Part shown: piece by piece, positions 21,724-34,400 of the stretch | Layout: every line of letters starts with the position of its first letter | How positions within the stretch are numbered: position 1 is the first letter of the stretch | Origin: Macrostomum lignano | Lineage: Eukaryota | DNA length: 42,307 nucleotides | Assembly (NCBI GenBank): GCA_002269645.1 | Contig: NIVC01003913.1 | Span: 1-42,307, forward strand | Direction: 5' to 3' | Made by a program: the position numbers and the translations under genes | The notes under the pieces: generated by a model | Database searches by the model: none | The model's input: the letters and a program-made list of their open reading frames with translations, nothing else | What the model was told of the DNA's origin: nothing

Positions 21724-23048
21724 ACTCTGCCAGATTGGCCTGTTGGAAAGTTTGACTGCTGTCCCTGGTAAATGTTTGGACTCTGGACTGTCATCAGATT
21801 TGGCACAGGTGCACCACTATTTGGAGGAAACCCTTGAGGTCCAGTATGCCTCTGGGTTGGATTTACCTTGGATTTCTGGATAGGTTCAGGTGCCTTCTGG
21901 CCAACTGTTTGGCAGTACTGGGTCTGGTTACCAGCCATCAGGTTTGACTTGGACTTGGCATTTGCCTGACCTAGAGGACCCTGGCTTTGAACTAGCCTTC
22001 TTGTCTCTCTAAGTTGTTGGGCAATTCTAAGAGCTTGTTCTGGGGATGAAACCTCCAGCATGTTGGATAGATGCTCTGTAACTGTAGGGTCATTGACACC
22101 TAGGATGAACTGGTCAAGAATCTGATCTTGAATAATCTGACTAAATCCATCCTCAGGATAGGCCTTGATTGCCAAATTCTGCAAACTAGTCAAGAATTGC
22201 TCAAAAGTTTCATTGTCTCGACGTTTTCGAGTACGCAACTCTCGGCGCAATGTAGTCAAGCTCTTTTGGCTACCATGACGGCTAGACAAGAACTGCAAAA
22301 GTGACGAATAAGTGGCAGCTGGTAGTTGGTCAAGAGGAGTACTATAAGGCTTGTTGTGCACTGCACATTGATTGGCTAACCAAGCTTGATAGGTTAGGAA
22401 AGCAGGTCCTAAAAATGCAGCCATAGTCCTGATTCTTACTATGTCTGGCTGATTTGGGAAGTTGCTAATGTAATTGTCTACTCTAGCTACAAAGGTACTA
22501 AATTCCTCTTTGCCATCAAACATAGATGGTTTCGGAATAGATGGCATTGGCAATTGGGACTGAAACTGTTGCTGATTATTAGGATTTAGGCTAAGTGGAG
22601 CCCACTCTAAGTCAGATTGGAGAAGTCTACTACTTCTTGGATAAATTGGAAGTCTAGGTCTAGCTTGTTCAGATTGCTCTGCTTGAGCTGCAGCATTTGT
22701 CAGAGCTTGAGGCAAATCTACATGGTTACCAACTAGGTCTGTATCACTCTCTTCAACTCTTTCGCCACTTGAATGATTGAGATTACCATCATTTTGAACT
22801 TGGTTAGTAGGCAAATGATGTGCTACAAGCATATCAATAGATTCTAATTGTGAAGGAACAACGTTCTCAGAACTATTGCCATTCTGATTTTGTGACCTTT
22901 GACTTTGCCATGCAGCACTAGCATCTCCAACATCATCTGAGTTGGCATTGAGTAGAGGTTGATGCAATCCATTACTAGGCACGGCTTGGTCAATGAGTGA
23001 CTCATTTCGGTTAATGGTTCGGCTTCTTAGTTCTAGAGTATCCATCAC
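21612..23048 (-). CDS. gag: Ty3/Gypsy Gag with a C-terminal CCHC zinc knuckle
   Basis: 478-aa ORF starting about 350 nt after the PBS. Capsid-like PKPSMFDG..F.ARVDNY region and the knuckle CFKCRQPGHLKQNC. Confidence 0.93.
   Translation of the reverse strand: MMDTLELRSRTINRNESLIDQAVPSNGLHQPLLNANSDDVGDASAAWQSQRSQNQNGNSSENVVPSQLESIDMLVAHHLPTNQVQNDGNLNHSSGERVEESDTDLVGNHVDLPQALTNAAAQAEQSEQARPRLPIYPRSSRLLQSDLEWAPLSLNPNNQQQFQSQLPMPSIPKPSMFDGKEEFSTFVARVDNYISNFPNQPDIVRIRTMAAFLGPAFLTYQAWLANQCAVHNKPYSTPLDQLPAATYSSLLQFLSSRHGSQKSLTTLRRELRTRKRRDNETFEQFLTSLQNLAIKAYPEDGFSQIIQDQILDQFILGVNDPTVTEHLSNMLEVSSPEQALRIAQQLRETRRLVQSQGPLGQANAKSKSNLMAGNQTQYCQTVGQKAPEPIQKSKVNPTQRHTGPQGFPPNSGAPVPNLMTVQSPNIYQGQQSNFPTGQSGRVCFKCRQPGHLKQNCPNGNMAGSGGRFPPGPHMAPQL
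21622..21681 (-). promoter_or_regulatory. Candidate -1 programmed ribosomal frameshift signal: C CCA AAC plus a downstream H-type pseudoknot
   Basis: X XXY YYZ heptamer in the gag frame at 21681-21675, then a 7-nt spacer, stem 1 UGGC(U)GG/CCGCCA and loop GGGGC pairing with downstream GCCCC. Confidence 0.65.
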
Positions 23049-23403
23049 TGGACAAATGCAAGAACAAATAAATATGTGAAAGTTTATTGTATTTTAATTG
23101 TGTATAGTAATAATCTAAATTAGTATGACAAATTTTAAATAATAAATAATCTAACAATAGAATCTGAAAATTCTAACTGACACAGAGCATATTACAAAAT
23201 AGATCAAATTAGCAAGTAATATTAGCAAGTAATATTGGTCATTGGCATTTCCATTGGTATTAGGCCACTATATAAAAACAAATTCACAATAGGTAAGATA
23301 TTTAAATGCAGCAAATATTGGTCATTAAATAAATAGTATATCAATCAATCAATAATATTATAATGTCACAGAAGTTCCAGCAGAGTCATATATGTGAATT
23401 CTG

Positions 23404-23421
23404 GTCCTGGCGTGGTCGCCA
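23404..23421 (-). other. Primer-binding site complementary to a tRNA-Arg-type 3' end
   Basis: TGGCGACCACGCCAGGAC lies 1 nt after the 5' LTR. Its complement GTCCTGG-CGTGGTC-G-CCA fits T-stem, acceptor stem, discriminator G and CCA of tRNA-Arg(UCG)-like tRNAs. The isotype is assigned from recall. Confidence 0.85.
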
Positions 23422-23422
23422 A

Positions 23423-23986
23423 TGTAAAGAAAGTTGTTTCGTTGGGTCTATTTTGAATTTTTCCTAATTGACTGGGCTCGCGTGCATATTGCTGTATTAG
23501 GATATAGAGTTAGAAATTAGGTGGTCGCCAATTATTTTTTCCAAAAAATAATAAAAGTCAATAACAAATATAGGCTATAGCAATTGAGTAATTTGAGTTA
23601 AGTAGTTCAACAATTAATTAATACCCTGAGCGAGCACGGGGACAACTGACTGTAACTGTGGACTGTGGTGTGGTGGCTACTCACTGGAAGATAGTTGGAA
23701 TGTAAATAATGACAAAGACCTAATGAAGTGTAATTGGAAGAACCTAAGGCTGAGACTCTAATACTGAAAATACGGTGCAAATGAAAGCTGTTATCTCAAG
23801 GATGCTAAGCTACGCTAACTCACGACCCAGTAGTCCAAATCCAAGTGCCCGTCAACCGTCCCAGCGCGACGCTCTTTCTAATTTAAATATATTTCGTATA
23901 AATTAAAGACTAACAAAATAACGTACGAATTATACTACTACAATTGCAATAATCAATATTTAAAATCGATTTATAATTTCATTACA
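23423..23986 (-). repeat. 5' LTR, 564 bp
   Basis: Direct repeat of 16194-16757, followed on the minus strand by the PBS. Confidence 0.97.
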
Positions 23987-24468
23987 TGTCGCTCAGAATA
24001 CCGATTCCAGTATAAAAATTGATATGAATCTTCTTGATTCTTATTGTATGAATTCCGGCTGTTTCGTAGGTTAGTTAAGATAGCTTAGCATATTAATTTT
24101 AAAGAAGCTTTTTTTCATAAAAAATAGCAATGTTTTTCATGCTTATGGAAAACAAATATTAATGTACATTTATTGAAAAGTTTTTTCAATATTAAAAGTA
24201 TTTTCTATTCTTTCTAAAAACATTTGCTTTTTTCTCCGTAATGTAGGCCCTAGGCATAGGCCTGCCATGTAGGTGCAGCTGCAGTGCCTAGGCCTAATGG
24301 ATTCTAGTCACTTCATCTGCCACCAACTCAAACTCGTAGATGAGTTGGCTCCATCTGAAAAGTAGAGGAGTTAATATAGTTAATCTAATATTAGTAAAAT
24401 CATTCAAATAGATGTATAAAGTGCAATTGATATATTACTTATTCATAATCATAGGGACACTATATTTG

Positions 24469-24587
24469 GGCTATCCTGTAGTTTCGCACGTTTAATTATA
24501 ACCCCCACCCCCCACCATCCTTGAATAGAGGCCAGAGGGCGAAATAATTCCGTAAAATAATTTAACGTGCGAAACTACAGGATAGCC
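24469..24587. mobile_element. 119-bp MITE with 24-bp perfect TIRs and a 9-bp TSD (Mutator- or Merlin-type)
   Basis: ggctatcctgtagtttcgcacgtt (24469-24492) is the exact reverse complement of 24564-24587. It is flanked on both sides by ctatatttg (24460-24468 and 24588-24596). Confidence 0.88.
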
Positions 24588-27500
24588 CTATATTTGATTC
24601 CTAAATAAAATATTTTGTTATACTTACTTTCTATATATTTTAATTATTATGTGTATAGTTTAATCACTTATATTTATAATATTATGCCATGGATAAAAAA
24701 AATCAAAAATGAAGTTTTTTTGTAAAAAAGCAGAATAAAAATAGGCATAGCTTTAAATCCGGCAAGATTGCCAAAAATGATTTATTATAAAATGTAATAT
24801 GCTTATAAATAAAAACTAAAATGTTCCAAACAATATTTTCACAGATCTCAGACTCAAGTTCTTAAAATGTCATATTAGTGACTTAGTCTAGACAAATATT
24901 TAATAGCTTTTTGATTTTTAAACATTAAAGTTTTTTAGTCTATCAATATTATTATAAGTATTTTTATTTAATTTTTAAATCAAATAAAGCATAAATAAAG
25001 CAAAAATTTGCATGCAATTATAGAAATGCATGCCTATTATAATTAAATAGTATTGGCCAACAAGCTTTATTTATATAGATTTTAGTAGGCCAGATAAGTT
25101 GTTAGCAAAAGAAGTAATTGAAAGCTGCCCTAATTAAATTAGGCCTATTTTATATATAGGCTATAGGAAAGCTAAATTTATTTATTTCTAAATAAACAAG
25201 TCTAATTTTCAATTTAAAATTTCCTTTTACATATATATAGATTAGCAAGTCATTAAAACTGTTGTAGTCCTTACTTAAGTTAGGCCTACTTACTAAGTAA
25301 CTATGTCTATAGTCTAAAGTATAGTTTCGTATGCTATCTAAAAAATGTTTGTTTTATATTATATATAAGTATAATACAAGGTTAGATATACTATATACAC
25401 TTACAGACTAGTAGTAATTATAGTTCTTTATACTTTGTGATAGTTTGGTAATTACCATATTTAAGAACTAGAGGATATAATTTATACTAGAATTTTCTAG
25501 TATGCATTTAGTTTGTTATGCAATATTATATATGTACAACCTTGTGAATCACTTCGCCATTTCTGTTGGCAACATATACATGTTTGTTGCTATTGACTAA
25601 GAGTAGTTATATGACCAATATTCTATCCAATAGGTCTATATATGTATATTTCTAATAGAAATAGCTAGATAAGGCCCAGGTTAAGCATATGAGACACCAT
25701 GTATTATATATTTAGTTCTGGCATAAATTCTAGCATCCATTCAATATGATCTTTAGAGTATATTATAGGGTGATAGTCACTTTAGTGAGTGTTGAGTGAA
25801 TGGATAATATCCATTTTGATAATAGGTTACTTTAGTGCCAAATTTATATGAAGAATTCAGTGTCTATTTTTTATTAGTTTATTTATTATTAGTGATTAAA
25901 ATCCATACAAATTCTTGACATATATAGTCTAGATTGTAGTAGGTATATTAGAATGAAAATAAAAAGTAAAAGTAAAAATAGGCCTAAATAAAAATATTTT
26001 AATGCTTAGACAAAATTTGTTTGTATGTATTCTAACTTCTTAATGAGTTGCAAGTCTAAATATATTAAATCTCTAAAGTTTGTATGTTTGTCCATAATGC
26101 TCTAGTCTAAATATACTAAATTATATACTAATTTCATTTTGGCCTTTATTATTTTCAAAAGCTAGGAGAACTATTTTTTATCTAAATTTAGCTAGGAATA
26201 TGTACTATATTATAAACATACAATAAGAGTGTTTTTTCTACTTTTTTAAAGTATTCTACTCTAGTTGTCAATGATTATTTCCTATATTAGAATAATCATG
26301 TTGTTACCAATTTGTTATAATGTTAATATTTCTATATATTATAAATTTTAATCCCACTGCTAATACCAAGTTGTAATTCAAAAACATTCTCTTATAGCTG
26401 TATATAGAGTAAAACATTAATTATAAATATCATCATAATAGCAAATCAAAAAACAAATAGAAATAATAACAGATAGTAAAACCTGGAAAATAAATGTAGA
26501 AAAAAGTTAAGGAATACAACTTAAAAACTCAAAGTTTATAAATATAACAAAGTAAAGGGTGTTTCAAAAAGAATTTAAAAAATAATGCATTATTTTCAAG
26601 CTATTAATAATTATCCTAAGAAGGAAATAAAACTTAAAAATAACAGATACTCAATGTTCTATATACATATTTGGCACCAAAGTTACTTTTAATTGCTCAA
26701 ATGCATATTTTTGTCAATAAGACTTTGACACTAGCTATATTAAAAATTTCTAACATTACAATATTTCTAATATGGCATGCATGCTTTTGTCAAAAAATAT
26801 TTTTAAACTAAGATGTATACTAAATAACTAAAATTGGCTTTTATGTACAAAAGCAAACTAGATATAATTATCTAATATTTAATAAAAAAGCAGTGTGATA
26901 TACTAGTTTATTTTCATATTAGCATATATAAAATATATTACTAAGGCAATAGCTTTGCAATTTTGCTAAACAGAATAACAAAATAACAAAATACAATAAA
27001 ATTGCAACTCTGAGCTAATTTATTAGTAAGAACATTTTGAAAATATAGATAAATATAAGCAGTATAGACTATAATATATATAGTATTATATTTTATTATT
27101 GTACTTTAGGCTTTAATTTTATTTGATCTATTTTGTAGATTTGTAGCAGTTTATATCATAATAAAAAGTGGAATTTGCAATCTAGAAAGGCAGATACTCC
27201 TAGGTATTGTTTGTTAGCTTCTTGCTTTTTCATTGCATTTCATATATAATTCTGACCCCCTTTGATTGACCTCTCTTAATAATATTTATATCCTTGTTGT
27301 GTAGTTAAAAATTCATTAAACAGTCTTGCACTTTCAAAATTTTATTGCTATAATATTTTATTTTATTAGACCTATTTATTGCTCCTTGATAATTTGTACC
27401 CTAGTAGTGAAATTCAATGTCTATTAAACCGTAAAATAATAAGATAGTAAGATATATAAATTAAAAGCTATAATAAACATTGACTTTGACTTGCAATGTT

Positions 27501-27725
27501 TATTATCTAAGATAATAACTGAAACCTAAGATGTCAAATTGGCACCCTACAGACTTCTGCAATTTCTGTGGGTCAGAGAGGCTTGGCAGTGTACTCGTAT
27601 TGTATTTGATTTTGAACTCTGGCTGATGCAGCTGGCATCCTAGTTTTTTTAATGGAACTGCGATTCTGCTCCTTTAAAAACCCCCTGCTTGCAACAGCTT
27701 ATTGAATTAATTTGCACTGGGATTC

Positions 27726-28271
27726 ATGAAGCCACACGCAGATCCCATGGACAATGGGCAACGGTTGCCACCCGGATGGGAGCAACGAATTGACCCAGCA
27801 ACCGGTCATCCGTACTTTATCGATCATAATAGTCGAACAACAACTTGGCGAGATCCCCGGCTGCCGCAGGCACCGTCGCGCCAGCATCAACAGCCAATCA
27901 GGGATGGCCAAAACAGTCAGCCAATCAGCGATGCCCAAAACAGTCAGCCAATCAGGGATGGCCAGAATTCTCAGCCAATCGCTAATAATAGCAGCGAATC
28001 TAAAATTGAAGCCGCATTGAAACAAATCGATTCAGTTGAAGAGCAGAGGCGCCAGTTGGAGGCGCAGGTTAACGAGTTTAGCGGTCAGGCCAATGACAAG
28101 CTCTATCGCCACATTGAAGAGTCGTTAACCCGCCTCATGGAGCGTTTGGATGGCGTTGAATCCGCTGGCGAAGCTGAGATTCGCGACGCTCGCAAGTCCT
28201 GCGTGCTTAGGGTGCAATCCTTGCTCCGACAGCTGGAAGCGAAAGCGGCTGGTCAAACTTCTAATGAATGA
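27726..28271 (+). CDS. WW-domain + BAG-domain Hsp70 co-chaperone (BAG3/starvin-like, minimal), intronless CDS, 181 aa
   Basis: WW domain [32 protein letters not shown] (27765-27860). C-terminal BAG domain ..[47 protein letters not shown]. An in-frame stop lies upstream at 27708. An alternative ATG is at 27747. Confidence 0.92.
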   Translation: MKPHADPMDNGQRLPPGWEQRIDPATGHPYFIDHNSRTTTWRDPRLPQAPSRQHQQPIRDGQNSQPISDAQNSQPIRDGQNSQPIANNSSESKIEAALKQIDSVEEQRRQLEAQVNEFSGQANDKLYRHIEESLTRLMERLDGVESAGEAEIRDARKSCVLRVQSLLRQLEAKAAGQTSNE

Positions 28272-28459
28272 AATTTTATTTTCTGTTCATCCATGTTTTG
28301 GCTTCATTTTTATTGTCTTATTGAAATGATAGATTTTTACTGAGATTAGCAGCAATTGGACTCTAGCAACTCTTGCAAAATTAAAGTTTCTTAAAAATGC
28401 TTTCAAATTGATATCTCTGCTACAAAATCTAAAAATAGCCCCTTTAAGGATCCCAAGGA

Positions 28460-31400
28460 ATCACCCTTCAGTACCCCTAGAATTCAACCTTAAGTATCCC
28501 TAGAAATCGCCTTTGAGTATCTCGAGAATTTACCCTCAAGTATCCCGAGAAATCACCCTTAAGTATCCCTAAAAATCACCCGTAAGTATCCTTAAAAATC
28601 ACCCGTAAGTATCCCTAAAAATCACCCTTAAGTATCCCTAAAAATCACCCTTAAGTATCCCGAGAAATCACCCTTAAGTATCCCGAGAAATCACTCTTAA
28701 GTATCCTGAGAAATCACCCTTAAGTATCCCGAGAAATCACTCTTAAGTATCCTGAGAAATCACCCTTAAGTATCCCGAGAAATCACCCTTAAGTATCCCG
28801 AGAAATCACTCTTAAGTATCCTGAGAAATCACCCTTAAGTATCCCGAGAAATCACCCTTAATTATCCCGAGAAATCACCCTTAAGTATCCCGAGAAATCA
28901 CCCTTAAGTATCCCGAGAAATCACCCTTAAGTATCCCGAGAAATCACCCTTAAGTATCCCGAGAAATCACTCTTAAGTATCCTGAGAAATCACCCTTAAG
29001 TATCCCGAGAAATCACCCTTAATTATCCCGAGAAATCACCCTTAAGTATCCCGAGAAATCACCCTTAATTATCCCGAGAAATCACCCTTAAGTATCCCGT
29101 AAAATCACCCTTAAGTATCCCGAGAAATCACCCTTAAGTATCCTGAGAAATCACCCTTAATTATCCCGAGAAATCACCCTTAAGTATCCCGAGAAATCAC
29201 CCTTAAGTATCCCGAGAAATCACCCTTAATTATCCCGAGAAATCACCCTTAAGTATCCCTAGAAATCACCCTTAAGTATCCCGAGAAATCACTCTTAAGT
29301 ATCCCGAGAAATCACCCTTAATTATCCCGAGAAATCACCCTTAAGTATCCCGAGAAATCACCCTTAAGTATCCCGAGAAATCACCCTTAAGTATCCCGAG
29401 AAATCACCCTTAAGTATCCCGAGAAATCACTCTTAAGTATCCTGAGAAATCACCCTTAAGTATCCCGAGAAATCACCCTTAATTATCCCGAGAAATCACC
29501 CTTAAGTATCCCGAGAAATCACCCTTAAGTATCCCGAGAAATCACCCTTAAGTATCCCGAGAAATCACCCTTAAGTATCCCGAGAAATCACTCTTAAGTA
29601 TCCTGAGAAATCACCCTTAAGTATCCCGAGAAATCACTCTTAAGTATCCCGAGAAATCACCCTTAAGTATCCCGAGAAATCACCCTTAATTATCCCGAGA
29701 AATCACCCTTAAGTATCCCTAGAAATCACCCTTAAGTATCCCGAGAAATCACTCTTAAGTATCCCGAGAAATCACCCTTAATTATCCCGAGAAATCACCC
29801 TTAAGTATCCCGAGAAATCACCCTTAAGTATCCCGAGAAATCACCCTTAAGTATCCCTAGAAATCACTCTTAAGTATCCCGAGAAATCACCCTTAAGTAT
29901 CCCGAGAAATCACCCTTAAGTATCCCGAGAAATCACCCTTAAGTATCCCGAGAAATCACTCTTAAGTATCCCGAGAAATCACCCTTAAGTATCCCGAAAA
30001 ATCACCCTTAAGTATCCCGAGAAATCACCCTTAAGTATCCTGAGAAATCACCCTTAAGTATCCCGAGAAATCACTCTTAAGTATCCCGAGAAATCACCCT
30101 TAAGTATCCCGAAAAATCACCCTTAAGTATCCCTAGAAATCGCCCTTGAGTATCTCGAGAAATCACTCTTAAGTATCCTGAGAAATCACCCTTAAGTATC
30201 CCGAGAAATCACCCTTAAGTATCCCGAGAAATCACTCTTAAGTATCCTGAGAAATCACCCTTAAGTATCCCGAGAAATCACCCTTAATTATCCCGAGAAA
30301 TCACCCTTAAGTATCCCGAGAAATCACCCTTAAGTATCCCGAGAAATCACCCTTAAGTATCCCGAGAAATCACCCTTAAGTATCCCGAGAAATCACTCTT
30401 AAGTATCCTGAGAAATCACCCTTAAGTATCCCGAGAAATCACCCTTAATTATCCCGAGAAATCACCCTTAAGTATCCCTAGAAATCACCCTTAAGTATCC
30501 GAGAAATCACTCTTAAGTATCCCGAGAAATCACCCTTAATTATCCCGAGAAATCACCCTTAAGTATCCCGAGAAATCACCCTTAAGTATCCCGAGAAATC
30601 ACCCTTAAGTATCCCTAGAAATCACTCTTAAGTATCCCGAGAAATCACCCTTAAGTATCCCGAGAAATCACCCTTAAGTATCCCGAGAAATCACCCTTAA
30701 GTATCCCGAGAAATCACTCTTAAGTATCCCGAGAAATCACCCTTAAGTATCCCGTAAAATCACCCTTAAGTATCCCGAGAAATCACCCTTAAGTATCCTG
30801 AGAAATCACCCTTAAGTATCCCGAGAAATCACTCTTAAGTATCCCGAGAAATCACCCTTAATTATCCCGAGAAATCACCCTTAAGTATCCCTAGAAATCA
30901 CCCTTAAGTATCCCGAGAAATCACTCTTAAGTATCCCGAGAAATCACCCTTAAGTATCCCGAGAAATCACTCTTAAGTATCCCGAGAAATCACCCTTAAT
31001 TATCCCGAGAAATCACCCTTAAGTATCCCGAGAAATCACCCTTAAGTATCCCGAGAAATCACCCTTAAGTATCCCTAGAAATCACCCTTAAGTATCCCGA
31101 TAAATCACCCTTAAGTATCCCGAGAAATCACCCTTAAGTATCCCGAGAAATCACCCTTAAGTATCCGAGAAATCACTCTTAAGTATCCCGAGAAATCACC
31201 CTTAAGTATCCCGAAAAATCACCCTTAAGTATCCCTAGAAATCGCCCTTGAGTATCTCGAGAAATCACTCTTAAGTATCCTGAGAAATCACCCTTAAGTA
31301 TCCCGAGAAATCACCCTTAAGTATCCCGAGAAATCACTCTTAAGTATCCTGAGAAATCACCCTTAAGTATCCCGAGAAATCACCCTTAATTATCCCGAGA

Positions 31401-34400
31401 AATCACCCTTAAGTATCCCTAGAAATCACTCTTAAGTATCCCGAGAAATCACCCTTAAGTATCCCGAGAAATCACCCTTAAGTATCCCGAGAAATCACCC
31501 TTAAGTATCCCGAGAAATCACTCTTAAGTATCCCGAGAAATCACCCTTAAGTATCCCGAAAAATCACCCTTAAGTATCCCGAGAAATCACCCTTAAGTAT
31601 CCTGAGAAATCACCCTTAAGTATCCCGAGAAATCACTCTTAAGTATCCCGAGAAATCACCCTTAAGTATCCCGAAAAATCACCCTTAAGTATCCCTAGAA
31701 ATCGCCCTTGAGTATCTCGAGAAATCACTCTTAAGTATCCTGAGAAATCACCCTTAAGTATCCCGAGAAATCACCCTTAAGTATCCCGAGAAATCACTCT
31801 TAAGTATCCTGAGAAATCACCCTTAAGTATCCCGAGAAATCACCCTTAATTATCCCGAGAAATCACCCTTAAGTATCCCGAGAAATCACCCTTAAGTATC
31901 CCGAGAAATCACCCTTAAGTATCCCGAGAAATCACCCTTAAGTATCCCGAGAAATCACTCTTAAGTATCCTGAGAAATCACCCTTAAGTATCCCGAGAAA
32001 TCACCCTTAATTATCCCGAGAAATCACCCTTAAGTATCCCTAGAAATCACCCTTAAGTATCCCGAGAAATCACTCTTAAGTATCCCGAGAAATCACCCTT
32101 AATTATCCCGAGAAATCACCCTTAAGTATCCCGAGAAATCACCCTTAAGTATCCCGAGAAATCACCCTTAAGTATCCCTAGAAATCACTCTTAAGTATCC
32201 CGAGAAATCACCCTTAAGTATCCCGAGAAATCACCCTTAAGTATCCCGAGAAATCACCCTTAAGTATCCCGAGAAATCACTCTTAAGTATCCCGAGAAAT
32301 CACCCTTAAGTATCCCGTAAAATCACCCTTAAGTATCCCGAGAAATCACCCTTAAGTATCCTGAGAAATCACCCTTAAGTATCCCGAGAAATCACTCTTA
32401 AGTATCCCGAGAAATCACCCTTAATTATCCCGAGAAATCACCCTTAAGTATCCCTAGAAATCACCCTTAAGTATCCCGAGAAATCACCCTTAAGTATCCC
32501 GAGAAATCACTCTTAAGTATCCCGAGAAATCACCCTTAATTATCCCGAGAAATCACCCTTAAGTATCCCGAGAAATCACCCTTAAGTATCCCGAGAAATC
32601 ACCCTTAAGTATCCCTAGAAATCACCCTTAAGTATCCCGATAAATCACCCTTAAGTATCCCGAGAAATCACCCTTAAGTATCCCGAGAAATCACCCTTAA
32701 GTATCCGAGAAATCACTCTTAAGTATCCGAGAAATCACCCTTAAGTATCCCGAAAAATCACCCTTAAGTATCCCTAGAAATCGCCCTTGAATATCTCGAG
32801 AAATCACTCTTAAGTATCCTGAGAAATCACCCTTAAGTATCCCGAGAAATCACCCTTAAGTATCCCGAGAAATCACTCTTAAGTATCCTGAGAAATCACC
32901 CTTAAGTATCCCGAGAAATCACCCTTAATTATCCCGAGAAATCACCCTTAAGTATCCCGAGAAATCACCCTTAAGTATCCCGAGAAATCACCCTTAAGTA
33001 TCCCGAGAAATCACCCTTAAGTATCCCGAGAAATCACTCTTAAGTATCCTGAGAAATCACCCTTAAGTATCCCGAGAAATCACCCTTAATTATCCCGAGA
33101 AATCACCCTTAAGTATCCCTAGAAATCACCCTTAAGTATCCCGAGAAATCACTCTTAAGTATCCCGAGAAATCACCCTTAATTATCCCGAGAAATCACCC
33201 TTAAGTATCCCGAGAAATCACCCTTAAGTATCCCGAGAAATCACCCTTAAGTATCCCTAGAAATCACTCTTAAGTATCCCGAGAAATCACCCTTAAGTAT
33301 CCCGAGAAATCACCCTTAAGTATCCCGAGAAATCACTCTTAAGTATCCCGAGAAATCACCCTTAAGTATCCCGTAAAATCACCCTTAAGTATCCCGAGAA
33401 ATCACCCTTAAGTATCCTGAGAAATCACCCTTAAGTATCCCGAGAAATCACTCTTAAGTATCCCGAGAAATCACCCTTAAGTATCCCTAGAAATCACCCT
33501 TAAGTATCCGAGAAATCACTCTTAAGTATCCCGAGAAATCACCCTTAAGTATCCCGAGAAATCACTCTTAAGTATCCCGAGAAATCACCCTTAATTATCC
33601 CGAGAAATCACCCTTAAGTATCCCGAGAAATCACCCTTAAGTATCCCGAGAAATCACCCTTAAGTATCCCTAGAAATCACCCTTAAGTATCCCGATAAAT
33701 CACCCTTAAGTATCCCGAGAAATCACCCTTAAGTATCCCGAGAAATCACCCTTAAGTATCCCGAGAAATCACCCTTAAGTATCCCGAGAAATCACTCTTA
33801 AGTATCCCGAGAAATCACCCTTAAGTATCCCGAGAAATCACTCTTAAGTATCCCGAGAAATCACCCTTAAGTATCCCGTAAAATCACCCTTAAGTATCCC
33901 GAGAAATCACCCTTAAGTATCCCGAGAAATCACCCTTAAGTATCCCGAGAAATCACTCTTAAGTATCCCGAGAAATCACCCTTAATTATCCCGAGAAATC
34001 ACCCTTAAGTATCCCTAGAAATCACCCTTAAGTATCCCGAGAAATCACTCTTAAGTATCCGAGAAATCACCCTTAAGTATCCCGAGAAATCACTCTTAAG
34101 TATCCGAGAAATCACCCTTAATTATCCCGAGAAATCACCCTTAAGTATCCCGAGAAATCACCCTTAAGTATCCCGAGAAATCACCCTTAAGTATCCCTAG
34201 AAATCACCCTTAAGTATCCCGATAAATCACCCTTAAGTATCCGAGAAATCACCCTTAAGTATCCCGAGAAATCACCCTTAAGTATCCCGAGAAATCACTC
34301 TTAAGTATCCCGAGAAATCACCCTTAAGTATCCCGAAAAATCACCCTTAAGTATCCCGAGAAATCACCCTTAAGTATCCTGAGAAATCACCCTTAAGTAT

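Larger units (their letters stand above)
16194..23986 (-). mobile_element. Full-length Ty3/Gypsy LTR retrotransposon, 7793 bp
   Basis: Two 564-bp direct LTRs with TGTAA..TTACA ends. 4-bp TSD TGTC (16190-16193 and 23987-23990). PBS and PPT present. Uninterrupted gag and pol in PR-RT-RH-IN order. Confidence 0.98.

Noticed and set aside
24000-27600. Very AT-rich 3.6-kb stretch
   Set aside because: No ORF of 60 aa or more in the track and no periodicity seen. Apart from the 119-bp MITE it looks like ordinary intron or intergenic DNA.
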